Shown here: piece after piece, positions 28,197 through 36,908 of the stretch
Position numbering within the stretch: the stretch's first letter is position 1
How the letters are laid out: each line of letters begins with the position of its first letter
Virus record (IMG/VR): IMGVR_UViG_3300033233_000020
Location: 31,071 to 95,070 of that record
From: a virus
Strand: one strand, 5' to 3'
DNA length: 64,000 bases
Made by a program: the position numbers and the translations under genes
Notes under the pieces: model-generated
Database searches by the model: none
What the model saw: the letters and a program-made list of their open reading frames with translations, nothing else
Told to the model about the DNA's origin: nothing

Positions 28197-28570
28197 TGAA
28201 TAACCCACAACATCCCATCACCCCACCGCCGGAGCTGGTGCAGCAGTGGTTGTGCTCAGACGACTACCTGTGGGGTCCGCTTGAGCAGACGTCCATCACC
28301 ATCACGACCAACCGGCTCCAGAACGTCGCCGCCCAAGCCGCCCAATGGGGCGCCGACCAGGAGCTGGAGGGGTGTTGTAGGTGGTTGCCGAAGCTACCCC
28401 CGTGGAGCGCAAACGACCTGCGCAAGCATCGCCGCCCCAAGCCGCCGAGCTTGAAGGAGCAGGCGCTAACTGCGCTACACGCTGTTGCAACAGGATCTAA
28501 TGACACCCGTGAGCAACACCAAGACCTTGACACTATTCGCCAAGCATTAGAGGCATTACCTAATGACTGA
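28196..28570 (+). CDS. Hypothetical protein (HPITPPPELVQQW family)
   Basis: GC-rich; N-terminus shared with the ORF at 35035. Confidence 0.7.
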   Translation: MNNPQHPITPPPELVQQWLCSDDYLWGPLEQTSITITTNRLQNVAAQAAQWGADQELEGCCRWLPKLPPWSANDLRKHRRPKPPSLKEQALTALHAVATGSNDTREQHQDLDTIRQALEALPND

Positions 28571-28772
28571 ACGTGAAAACTTCTACAAGTGGATAAAAAC
28601 CTGTCCACTTACTGACTACAAAATATGTGAGGCAACTCTAACTTCTGTGTCATATGAATTTAACTTCAACACTGTTGAACCAGACATTGATCAACTCATT
28701 GATGATGTATTGATTCATCTAGAGAAATAGCCAATACTACCCATGTATTGGCACATCTTCTAATACATAACC

Positions 28773-28799
28773 AGACCTGAGCATGTCTATAAACTGCTC
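28773..28799 (+). ncRNA. Pseudoknot motif E, copy 2
   Basis: AGAC-CTGAGCAT-GTCT-ATAAAC-TGCTC; stem 1 compensated. Confidence 0.75.
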
Positions 28800-28830
28800 C
28801 GCAAAACCCACATTCAATCCCCTGCAAATC

Positions 28831-29031
28831 ATGCAATCAACCTCTGACTTCATTGATGAGCAACGCAATGCTGACATGCTTGATGCACTGGCAGACATTG
28901 CATACGAACAAGAACAAGCTATGCGTGAATCCGAGCAAAGCGATTGGGATGGCATCGATGAAATATCTGATGCCGAACGCAATGCTTGTGATCACTACAA
29001 CGAACGTTATGTAATCACTACCCATGACTAA
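28831..29031 (+). CDS. Acidic hypothetical protein
   Basis: ATG 31 nt after E2. Confidence 0.6.
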   Translation: MQSTSDFIDEQRNADMLDALADIAYEQEQAMRESEQSDWDGIDEISDAERNACDHYNERYVITTHD

Positions 29032-29121
29032 CAAAGCACCACAAGATGAGGATCTAATACTCATCGCTGTAGCAATCTGCTACACACTATTCACTTTACT
29101 ATTCCAACTCATTTCAGAACT

Positions 29122-29481
29122 ATGGCACTCCTACCTGAACAACTACTCATTGCCGAAGTCGTTGGCTACGAACCCGTCACCAATGACGAAGGCATGCAAC
29201 AATACCCAGCCGACGTTGACTTTCAAGATGCACCCAAAGGTGCCATCCCCTGTACAGGAAACGTCTACAAGAACAAGAAGGGCGTCCTCCGTTGCTACTG
29301 GATTCCAGCCGGTGGCAACTACTCGTCAGAGGAAGGGGACGAACTCACAGGTTGGTACGACGTACCTGACCTCGAAGACATCGAAGAATGGACTTTCGAC
29401 TCAGTCTGCTTCACACCCTGTGACGACGAAGTCGAACCTGACCACCCCGATAGCTGGCTAAGTATCCTTGGCCTTATCTAA
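29122..29481 (+). CDS. Acidic hypothetical protein
   Basis: DIEEWTFDSVC.TP.DDEVEPDHPDSWLSILGLI; strong codon bias. Confidence 0.7.
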   Translation: MALLPEQLLIAEVVGYEPVTNDEGMQQYPADVDFQDAPKGAIPCTGNVYKNKKGVLRCYWIPAGGNYSSEEGDELTGWYDVPDLEDIEEWTFDSVCFTPCDDEVEPDHPDSWLSILGLI

Positions 29482-29498
29482 TTAATTAGATTACGCAT

Positions 29499-29705
29499 TT
29501 AAGGAGCAAACTTCTGCATTTGATTTAATAATCTAATATCTGCTTGTTTTTTTATTACAGGAATGCTTTCATTATTTACAATAGACTCTAAAAAGCTTAT
29601 CACTTTATCTTGCGATGGCATAGAACCATGAGCTTTCATGTATTCTTGTTGCCATCCTTGCAGAAAAGGACTATTACTTATTGAATATCGACCAGCAATT
29701 AACAT
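29499..29705 (-). CDS. AT-rich antisense hypothetical gene (moron-like)
   Basis: Opposite strand; TAAAAT upstream. Confidence 0.45.
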   Translation of the reverse strand: MLIAGRYSISNSPFLQGWQQEYMKAHGSMPSQDKVISFLESIVNNESIPVIKKQADIRLLNQMQKFAP

Positions 29706-29737
29706 CTTATTTACACTATAGATGTTAATATTTTAAC

Positions 29738-29795
29738 CCTGGGCAACCACAATCGCTAAGCACATAGCTTAGAAAGATATGGTGTAAGTCCCAGG
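29738..29795 (+). ncRNA. TGTAAGT-bulge stem-loop C1
   Basis: CCTGGG-CAA-[CCA..CTAAGC/GCTTAG..TGG]-TGTAAGT-CCCAGG. Confidence 0.6.
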
Positions 29796-29811
29796 ATCAA
29801 CCCTCAATTCA

Positions 29812-30096
29812 ATGCAAACCTACCCCGAGTATCCAGTGTCTGACCACGCAAACATCCTACGCATCATCAAGGAACTCAACGAGATCCTTACACGTGAATC
29901 CAAGCGTTACGAAATGGATGAGCACCTGACTCCATCTATGCGCAGCTTATTGGAGGAGGAGATCATTCCTGCACTAGAGAATGAAATCAATTGGGAACCA
30001 AGTGATGCAGACCTTGGCTATGGTGGTGAACCACCTATGACTGCTGATGAAATGCACACTGCTGCATGGCAACAGCACCAAGAACTACATAGGTGA
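29812..30096 (+). CDS. Hypothetical protein
   Basis: GEPPMTADEMHTAAWQQHQELH C-terminus. Confidence 0.65.
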   Translation: MQTYPEYPVSDHANILRIIKELNEILTRESKRYEMDEHLTPSMRSLLEEEIIPALENEINWEPSDADLGYGGEPPMTADEMHTAAWQQHQELHR

Positions 30097-30401
30097 GATA
30101 CTTGTAATCCGAGTAACTACCATCTATTCATAATCCGAATAACAAAGGGCTGGTACGCATTAGTACCTAAGCCTGGTGCGGCCAGGCACCCTTTGTTAAA
30201 CGACGGAATCCCAACGGGAAGAATAGATCACTGGCCAGTGAGGTCTCGAGAACCACACAAAGTCTAACTTTTAATCAAACTTAACTAACTCAGTACAAAT
30301 ACCCAATGAGACTAAGAGATCCCCCCTGCACCCCCCTGGCAACCCACCACCAGCACTATTAGATTTAGAAGTAAGTCCCATGTAATACACATAAGACTTA
30401 C

Positions 30402-30430
30402 TTGCTCTTCCTTGACATCCCTGATAGACT
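30402..30430 (+). promoter_or_regulatory. Sigma70-type promoter
   Basis: TTGCTC-N17-TAGACT. Confidence 0.5.
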
Positions 30431-30455
30431 ACCAACTCATTCACCCACTCATCTC

Positions 30456-30683
30456 ATGCCACTCATGTCACCACTCAACGACGCACCTAAGCCACGCATT
30501 CCAGATGCCATCGACAAGCAACGGCTGCAAGCAATGCAGCTCGTAGCAAAGATGAAAGAATCTGCGGATAAGTACGGCGTTGGTTTCGTCGGCGGCTTCA
30601 TCAGCCCCAACGGACAAAAGTTCATGATGACAAACATGAACGAAGATGACACCAACGCACTCTTGCCGGATGACCTTAAGTGA
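30456..30683 (+). CDS. Hypothetical protein
   Basis: ATG downstream of the promoter. Confidence 0.6.
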   Translation: MPLMSPLNDAPKPRIPDAIDKQRLQAMQLVAKMKESADKYGVGFVGGFISPNGQKFMMTNMNEDDTNALLPDDLK

Positions 30684-30919
30684 TTTACAAATCAATCACT
30701 GATCGTTACGAAAAGATATGGCAGATTACTGCAGAGGTAATTGCCCATCCTCACCGTACGATTACACCTCATGACAAACATCGTGCAACCGTTCTCATCA
30801 GCTTCTTATCCGGAGATGATGAGATGGTTGAATACATTCATTCTCAAATGAATGAAGATGATTTCAAACAGACCAAACAAATCCGCACCTTTGTACATGA
30901 CAAAAAAATCACCCATTAA
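30680..30919 (+). CDS. Hypothetical protein
   Basis: GTGA overlap with upstream gene. Confidence 0.5.
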   Translation: MIYKSITDRYEKIWQITAEVIAHPHRTITPHDKHRATVLISFLSGDDEMVEYIHSQMNEDDFKQTKQIRTFVHDKKITH

Positions 30920-31094
30920 CTTTGACAGAACCATCGCAGGTGTCAACATCACCGAGAATGGTATCAAGTCGTACACTAAATCGTTTCAGCTTGGTCCCTT
31001 CCAGCTGACACTTAATGCTCGTGACTCTGGCGTACATGGATCTATATCCTTGCCAGGCACAGGCTTGAGTAAGAGAAACATTAAGATAATCTAA
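30897..31094 (+). CDS. DUF4236-like small protein
   Basis: FQLGPFQLTLN...SISLPGTGLS. Confidence 0.5.
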   Translation: MTKKSPINFDRTIAGVNITENGIKSYTKSFQLGPFQLTLNARDSGVHGSISLPGTGLSKRNIKII

Positions 31095-31098
31095 AGAT

Positions 31099-31127
31099 AC
31101 GTCCTGAGTATGACGTTAAACTGCTCA
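31099..31127 (+). ncRNA. Pseudoknot motif E, copy 3
   Basis: ACGTC-CTGAGTAT-GACGT-TAAAC-TGCTCA. Confidence 0.8.
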
Positions 31128-31152
31128 TCACTCACCTTCAACTACCACTGCA

Positions 31153-31347
31153 ATGACTACAGCAAAACCATTTGAATCTAATCTCAACATACTTGACCGC
31201 GTTCATGTTGCAAATTGTGCAGCAGAACGTGCACGTATGTACTGCACCGATACCGAAAGGTTCAACGGTGAGTTTGCTACAGTACGCATGTGGACAAACT
31301 ACAAGTGTTTCATCTCGAACTACGGTAGCTACGTAGAAACTTACTAA
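31153..31347 (+). CDS. Hypothetical protein
   Basis: ATG 25 nt after E3. Confidence 0.6.
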   Translation: MTTAKPFESNLNILDRVHVANCAAERARMYCTDTERFNGEFATVRMWTNYKCFISNYGSYVETY

Positions 31348-31604
31348 TGTCTGTCTTATCTATTCACGACACATCAATTGATAACAACCATGTCACAGTT
31401 ACAGCAGTTGTGGAAGACATGCATCTCCTACGCAGAGCAACTCGCGATGACCCTGATCAATGGGGTCCAGGCCTTTGTTCAACATCTTTTGAACTGGCTG
31501 ACGACCAATCAATCCCTACTGATGAAGATGGCTTCTGCAGCTATCTTGATCAGCTTGACCCCCAATGGCAACTCGTTGACCTCTCTGATCGCTACCTAAC
31601 ATGA
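31347..31604 (+). CDS. Hypothetical protein
   Basis: TAATG overlap; VTAVVEDM...DPDQWGPGLC. Confidence 0.65.
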   Translation: MSVLSIHDTSIDNNHVTVTAVVEDMHLLRRATRDDPDQWGPGLCSTSFELADDQSIPTDEDGFCSYLDQLDPQWQLVDLSDRYLT

Positions 31605-31804
31605 TTGGCTTCTCCTTTGAATTCAAACGATGGTATGTAGTAGTACGTGGCCCCAAGGGTACCGTCTACTTAGCCTTTGGCTTTGCTAAGCAAATGCCTG
31701 TGTTCACACCAGCTAAAACTATGACTCTCCAAGAGTACATAGATGATTACAATGATGCCATCGTATTCACTAACGAAAGTGGTGAAGAGTTAATGCGCAT
31801 CTAA
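31601..31804 (+). CDS. Hypothetical protein
   Basis: ATGA overlap. Confidence 0.6.
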   Translation: MIGFSFEFKRWYVVVRGPKGTVYLAFGFAKQMPVFTPAKTMTLQEYIDDYNDAIVFTNESGEELMRI

Positions 31805-31807
31805 TCT

Positions 31808-31837
31808 AACGTCCTGAGTATGACGTTAAACTGCTCA
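31808..31837 (+). ncRNA. Pseudoknot motif E, copy 4
   Basis: Core identical to E3. Confidence 0.8.
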
Positions 31838-31863
31838 CACAATAAATCCACCCTTAACTCACC

Positions 31864-33573
31864 ATGCAGTTCCAACTACCCACAAATTTACAAACTGAGT
31901 TGATTGCGTATGATCCACAGCTCAAGGCTTTGGCTCGTACTCAAAAGCAATCAACAACCAAGAAATCTAAATACCCACTGGGTAATCCTATTGATCTTAT
32001 CCCTAATGAAATCATTACAGCAGAGAGAGTACAAGATGCCATTGATGCAATCAACAAGGCACCAGCCCCTGGTCGTTACCGCGAGTTCACCAAAGTAACG
32101 TCGACAGGTACAATAACCCACGCAGTCCTTTACCACTACGAACAAGTATGGTACGCAGCCTGGCTGCCACCTAAGGGCAAGGAAGCTGACTATATCTATG
32201 GCTATACCTATGCATACAAAGATACAGCTACTGTACGCAAGTTATTGCCACGTGCTTTAAACATGGCAAAAGATGATTGTGTAAACAAACCATCTGGTAG
32301 ATGTACGTTTGTTACTTATACACAACAAGTAACCAAACAAGATGTCATCAATGGAAGAGATACATATAATTGGAACATACCAAACATGCAACGATACGCG
32401 CAAAAATCACAAAATATGCGCGAACCTATTGATCGTTTTGAAAACCAAATTGAAATGTCTATACCTCAATGGAAAGACTCTAGAAATATATTCGAACGTA
32501 TCAAAACCACATGTATTGCAGAGTTATTTACACGTGATTTCCATACTGAATACTGGAAAGACATAAACAAATCCAAGTGGTTACCTTCTGTTGATATTAT
32601 CTTTAGCTTTATTAACAACCAAGATGTACACAGCTCATACAACTTATTCGCTGAAGATCTTTATGGTTATAAAAGTATCTTGCACATATTAGATACACCA
32701 TACTTTCGTAAGTGGATCCAAAACAAATGCAATGAATCTATAGAATCATTTAACAATCCAGATACTGATACAAAGATATCAATTACACAACCATGGCTTA
32801 TGATCTTTCATCTGTGTAAACAGATCAAAACCGTACACAATATCTGGGGAAATGCATGTCCTCTTGATTACTATCAAACAAACCTCAATGCTTTACTCAG
32901 TGTTAGTTATAACTCTGGTTACAGTAAAGACTATGCTTATCCGTGGCTAGTTAAACATATGCCTGTCGCTTCATTCTTTTCACTAGTAAATAAATTTTAC
33001 GAGACAAAGATAGACAACACGTCATCTTATTATTTTACAAACAGAATTGGAATATATCAATATCCTTTTAGGGAACTAGAAGATACATTGTCAATGGTTG
33101 AAACAATCCTCAAAGACAAAGGAGAACTAGCGCCACCAAAACGCTGGCGTATTACTGAGTTCCATGACTATGTACAAGCAGAAGCTTGGAAGATAACTAA
33201 TGTAAATCAAAGGCTACCACAAGACCTATTCCCTGTACCAGTCAAGGTTCAACACAATGAACAGAACTGGACATTCATTCAACCTATCGATACACACCAA
33301 CTTGCAGCCTGGGGTCAAGCCGTACGCAATTGCGTCGGCAATGCCACAGGTTATGCAGAAGGTGTACGCAAGAAACAACACTTTATTGTTCTATGCATGA
33401 TCAACAACCAACCACAGTTCACAGTCCAACTTAAAGTAAGTATGGGCATGATGACCGTTGATCAGATCGCTGGTGTCTCCAATGCCAGGCTAACGGATGA
33501 GCAACGTGAGTCTTATACAAAAGTATTTGGACAAGCGTTGCAACAACGTGAGGAAGTGCTAGCATCTGCTTAG
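31864..33573 (+). CDS. PcfJ-domain protein
   Basis: C-terminal FHD...QPIDTHQLAAWGQAVRNCVG...Y...QFTVQL..QIAG..NA. Confidence 0.7.
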   Translation: MQFQLPTNLQTELIAYDPQLKALARTQKQSTTKKSKYPLGNPIDLIPNEIITAERVQDAIDAINKAPAPGRYREFTKVTSTGTITHAVLYHYEQVWYAAWLPPKGKEADYIYGYTYAYKDTATVRKLLPRALNMAKDDCVNKPSGRCTFVTYTQQVTKQDVINGRDTYNWNIPNMQRYAQKSQNMREPIDRFENQIEMSIPQWKDSRNIFERIKTTCIAELFTRDFHTEYWKDINKSKWLPSVDIIFSFINNQDVHSSYNLFAEDLYGYKSILHILDTPYFRKWIQNKCNESIESFNNPDTDTKISITQPWLMIFHLCKQIKTVHNIWGNACPLDYYQTNLNALLSVSYNSGYSKDYAYPWLVKHMPVASFFSLVNKFYETKIDNTSSYYFTNRIGIYQYPFRELEDTLSMVETILKDKGELAPPKRWRITEFHDYVQAEAWKITNVNQRLPQDLFPVPVKVQHNEQNWTFIQPIDTHQLAAWGQAVRNCVGNATGYAEGVRKKQHFIVLCMINNQPQFTVQLKVSMGMMTVDQIAGVSNARLTDEQRESYTKVFGQALQQREEVLASA

Positions 33574-33622
33574 CTCGCACAGCTTGCCGGTCCTATCCTC
33601 GTAAGTAGGGCCGGTACCACCT

Positions 33623-33847
33623 ATGACTGAACACACTGACGAACAACTCCTAGCCATGGCAATGGCAAACTTAGGAGGATACATTCATGACAACTCACCA
33701 CACTATGTATTAATAGAAGATCCACGTAACGAAGATGACTTTGATACGTGGAGCTATGGTACAGAACCATTACCTAATGACCACACTTGGCGTTCTACAT
33801 CAGTCGATGTAGATGTAAGCCCAAGTGACGCAGACGTGACGGAATAG
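33623..33847 (+). CDS. Acidic hypothetical protein overlapping C2 and the tRNA 5' end
   Basis: ATG ORF of 74 aa. Confidence 0.5.
   Translation: MTEHTDEQLLAMAMANLGGYIHDNSPHYVLIEDPRNEDDFDTWSYGTEPLPNDHTWRSTSVDVDVSPSDADVTE
33784..33827 (+). ncRNA. TGTAAG-bulge stem-loop C2, immediately 5' of the tRNA
   Basis: CACTTGG-CGT-TCTACATC/GATGTAGA-TGTAAGC-CCAAGTG. Confidence 0.6.
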
Positions 33848-33915
33848 GTATACGTAACGCACTTAAAATGCGTCGGCCATTGGCCTTGCGGGTTCAAGTC
33901 CCGCCGTCTGTACCA
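33830..33915 (+). tRNA. trnL: tRNA-Leu (UAA), intron-less, CCA encoded
   Basis: GCAGACG/CGTCTGT acceptor, ACGCA-CTTAAAA-TGCGT anticodon arm, long variable arm, GCGGG-TTCAAGT-CCCGC, ACCA. Confidence 0.93.
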
Positions 33916-33937
33916 ATTATTTACTTAACAAAACATT

Positions 33938-34222
33938 ATGTCTGATTTTAAAACTTTTGGTTCTTGTCTCACTTGTCCTCATTGTTCAAGTGAATATTTA
34001 CATCTTCGTGAAGTTCATGTAATGGCTCGTGACGGTGAGTCTAATGAATACGGTTTATGCATGGATATAAATGTAGAACAATCCACATTTAAATGTGGAA
34101 CTTATATTGACGAAAATACAAGTAAACGTGATGCAACTACATTAACTTTTTGGTGCGAACTATGTGGAAAAGATTCTCAATTAACGTTTGCTCAGGAAAA
34201 AGGACTGACAGCAATTAAATAA
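33938..34222 (+). CDS. Zn-binding hypothetical protein
   Basis: CPHC...YLH and FWCELC. Confidence 0.65.
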   Translation: MSDFKTFGSCLTCPHCSSEYLHLREVHVMARDGESNEYGLCMDINVEQSTFKCGTYIDENTSKRDATTLTFWCELCGKDSQLTFAQEKGLTAIK

Positions 34223-34225
34223 TTA

Positions 34226-34255
34226 TTTGGGCATTGCTTGCATGTAAGTCCCAGA
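34226..34255 (+). ncRNA. TGTAAGT-bulge stem-loop C3
   Basis: TTTGGG-CAT-TGC/GCA-TGTAAGT-CCCAGA. Confidence 0.55.
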
Positions 34256-34291
34256 CAGTAAACCAACTGTAATTTATCTTCAATCAACACA

Positions 34292-34654
34292 ATGACATTC
34301 CTTGCTGCCTTCAAGCATCTCATCCCTAACTTCCACGCATACTCAGATGATGAACGCCGTTACAACATCGGTGCTACCTGGACTGCAGCCGATGGGCTGC
34401 AGGACTATCACAACCTTGAGATGCGCTACGTGCGTAACTCAGAGCAGCTTGCTCTCCAGGGGCAGCCACAACCTGATGGCTCATGGAAGTATGTCGAGCC
34501 TAATGGGTGCGTACATACCATGACTGCAGAGCGGGCACAGGCATTCATGCAACAAACACATGAGCATGCCAACATCATGTGCACAATGCTCGACCGCTTA
34601 CGTGAAGCTGGCCTCATGGATAACATCGTTGACACTGAGGCAAAAGCAGCCTAA
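34292..34654 (+). CDS. Hypothetical protein
   Basis: 120-aa ORF with good codon bias. Confidence 0.7.
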   Translation: MTFLAAFKHLIPNFHAYSDDERRYNIGATWTAADGLQDYHNLEMRYVRNSEQLALQGQPQPDGSWKYVEPNGCVHTMTAERAQAFMQQTHEHANIMCTMLDRLREAGLMDNIVDTEAKAA

Positions 34655-34676
34655 GCTCTTAGCCGAAGCTCTTTAT

Positions 34677-34704
34677 CCCCTTGTGTAACAGCAAGGGGCT
34701 TTTA
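34677..34704 (+). terminator. Putative intrinsic terminator
   Basis: CCCCTTG...CAAGGGG-CTTTT. Confidence 0.5.
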
Positions 34705-34712
34705 CTTACACA

Positions 34713-35042
34713 ATGCAACCACAAAATCCAAACACTGGAATCAACCTTGATCTTGTTGATGATGTTGTTTATCGGATACCAGAGTGGACATGGTTTGTTG
34801 TTAAGGATCGCTTAGTCACAGACTTAGTAGATGCTATGACAACTACAATACTTGAACGTCTTACTGGTGATCCAGTTGGTGATGATCGTGCCCAAGAAAT
34901 TCTTTATGATTACTATGCATCATCTGACAGAAACAAAGATCTAATTGTTGATTCATTTAAGATCATTGGTGAAGAACAAACTTTGTATTCACTTGATTCT
35001 CTTCAACTAGACAAAATTACTGAGCCTACTAACAATGACTAA
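34713..35042 (+). CDS. Acidic hypothetical protein
   Basis: 109-aa ORF. Confidence 0.65.
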   Translation: MQPQNPNTGINLDLVDDVVYRIPEWTWFVVKDRLVTDLVDAMTTTILERLTGDPVGDDRAQEILYDYYASSDRNKDLIVDSFKIIGEEQTLYSLDSLQLDKITEPTNND

Positions 35043-35523
35043 CCAACACCCCATCACCCCACCGCCGGAGCTGGTGCAGCAGTGGCTCGCTGAGCCAGAA
35101 TACGTTTCTGGATGGAGCGGCAAATGTATGCTGATCAGCATCACCGATCACCGGCTCAGCAACATCGCCGCCAAGGCCGCCCAATGGGGTGCCGACCAAG
35201 AGATGGAGGCCAGGCAGCAGAAGATTCGCTCCGGCCCTGAATCGCCACTAGTGGAGCGCGTCGCTGATGCAATCGCAGCACAGGCCACCTCTGCTGGCAT
35301 CGTCAACGACCGCCCTGCCCGCGCCGCGATCCTTGTGGTGGCGGCGTGGTTGCGAGAAAAGGGCTACGGATCGTGGGTGACACTTGAACAGGAGGCCAAC
35401 CGATGGTTGACTACGCCCGCGCCGTCCTCGCCCGCTGGGGCACACCCGCCAACACTATTAACCAGGAGGACTACGACTGATGGAGGAGCATTACGAATGG
35501 GAGCTGCAAGATTCCAGTGGTGA
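35035..35523 (+). CDS. Chimeric hypothetical protein (HPITPPPELVQQW module plus LVERVADAI module)
   Basis: GC-rich; shares a 42-bp block with 28208-28249. Confidence 0.55.
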   Translation: MTNQHPITPPPELVQQWLAEPEYVSGWSGKCMLISITDHRLSNIAAKAAQWGADQEMEARQQKIRSGPESPLVERVADAIAAQATSAGIVNDRPARAAILVVAAWLREKGYGSWVTLEQEANRWLTTPAPSSPAGAHPPTLLTRRTTTDGGALRMGAARFQW

Positions 35524-35686
35524 ATGGGTGGCAGGCGGATCGGCCAATGATCAAGTCGCCGTGCATCGAGAAGGTATGCACTATCTGGCTGTCTACTTAC
35601 AAGACGGGCCGCACCTACTCACGATCCGCAAGCATCAAGTGCTCACGATCATGCAAGCAACCATCCCCACAAGTGAGGAGAACTAA
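35480..35686 (+). CDS. Hypothetical protein
   Basis: AGGAGG RBS; WELQD..GEWVAGGSA. Confidence 0.65.
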   Translation: MEEHYEWELQDSSGEWVAGGSANDQVAVHREGMHYLAVYLQDGPHLLTIRKHQVLTIMQATIPTSEEN

Positions 35687-35931
35687 TGACTGAACTATCC
35701 CCCGCCGTGCAGGCGGTCGAAAACGCATACTTTAACGCTGACGGTTTTGGTTACCGAAACGGTCTCGCCGCCGCCCTGCGGGCTGCTGCTGATCAGGTCG
35801 TACCTGATAAATCTCATCCCAAAGAATCTCAATTTTGGGATGATGAAGCAGAGCAGGAGTGGCAAAACAATCGCCATGTTCGCCTCCAATTCCTCGCCAT
35901 CGCCGCCGAGCTGGAGGGTAATGAACTGTAG
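35686..35931 (+). CDS. Hypothetical protein
   Basis: GAGGAG RBS; LAAALRAAADQVVP...LAIAAELE. Confidence 0.7.
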   Translation: MTELSPAVQAVENAYFNADGFGYRNGLAAALRAAADQVVPDKSHPKESQFWDDEAEQEWQNNRHVRLQFLAIAAELEGNEL

Positions 35932-36268
35932 GTACTGCAACTCAACTAACACACGTGTCACAGTTACTCGACAACATCCCAATGAAACAAGACGGTATTG
36001 CAGGTGCCTTGACTGTGAGGCTCACTACAAAACTATAGAGACATACGCGGTATCAAAGCGTGGTGCACTACCAGGGGTAAAGCAACATGGGAACTGCCGT
36101 GTCAAAGGTGAGCAAGTTGGTACTGCTGTACTAACAGAGGCAAACGTTCTAGAGATTAGAAGGCTTGCTTCTGACAATCAAACGTATATCCAAATCTCTA
36201 AACGATTTGGCATACACAAAGACACCGTTTACAAAATCATCAAACGCAAAACTTGGTCTCATGTCTAA
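35921..36268 (+). CDS. NrdR-like Zn-ribbon plus HTH regulator
   Basis: MNCRYC...RRYCRCLDC...KTIE then LTEANVLEIR...RFGIHKDTVYKIIKRKTWSHV; GGAGG RBS. Confidence 0.65.
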   Translation: MNCRYCNSTNTRVTVTRQHPNETRRYCRCLDCEAHYKTIETYAVSKRGALPGVKQHGNCRVKGEQVGTAVLTEANVLEIRRLASDNQTYIQISKRFGIHKDTVYKIIKRKTWSHV

Positions 36269-36563
36269 GAAACAATCCATTCCTAAGTTCCAGATCGGTG
36301 ACCGTGTCGCTGAAAAACCAAAGCCTCGCGCTATCTATGCAAAGACTGCGGCAACAATTGAGCGCATCAAACCGTATACAGTTCAACGGTATGGTACAGT
36401 ACTTGACACGGTGTACAACAACACCAGAGGTAAAGTTGCTGTGCCTTACGTCAAGATTATGTGGGATGGTGCACAATCACCAGTCACCCATGCACAGTGC
36501 CGCATCTGTTTAGAGAAAGATCTAACAGCGGTAACCATTGATTACTTCAATGCAAGAGATTAA
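36261..36563 (+). CDS. SH3/KOW-like hypothetical protein
   Basis: KFQIGDRV...RYGTV...VKIMWDG. Confidence 0.55.
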   Translation: MSKKQSIPKFQIGDRVAEKPKPRAIYAKTAATIERIKPYTVQRYGTVLDTVYNNTRGKVAVPYVKIMWDGAQSPVTHAQCRICLEKDLTAVTIDYFNARD

Positions 36564-36565
36564 TT

Positions 36566-36907
36566 ATGCACTGTACTAACTGTGAAAAGTTTGATGCTCG
36601 TATTGTTGAGTCTCGATTACGTCTAGATGGTACACGCTATAGAAGGTATGCATGTAACAATTGTTCACGTCGATGGACAGTCAACCAGGCAAACGCAGCA
36701 AACCCACGGCCAAGGCTACCTAACACAGGTTACAAAACACAACAAGTAAATCGTAAACTAACTAACATGGAAGTGGCTGAGATCATAATGTCTCCGCTTA
36801 CCAACAGGGAACTAGCTTGTATCTACCCTATATCACATCAATCAATTCAAAAGATACAAGCCGGGAAAACATATCGTGAAGTTTATTTGGTGTTAAAGGA
36901 ACATTAA
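36566..36907 (+). CDS. Second NrdR-like Zn-ribbon plus HTH protein
   Basis: MHCTNC...IVESR...YRRYACNNCSRRWT; KLTNMEVAEI...GKTY. Confidence 0.65.
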   Translation: MHCTNCEKFDARIVESRLRLDGTRYRRYACNNCSRRWTVNQANAANPRPRLPNTGYKTQQVNRKLTNMEVAEIIMSPLTNRELACIYPISHQSIQKIQAGKTYREVYLVLKEH

Positions 36908-36908
36908 A

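Noticed and set aside
30371-30380. GTAAGTCCCA as another motif C
   Set aside because: No upstream complementary GGG-CRN arm found
31099-31127. Motif E as a pistol ribozyme or preQ1 riboswitch
   Set aside because: It shares only hairpin + UUAAA + pseudoknot; pistol P2/P3 and preQ1 core nucleotides are absent
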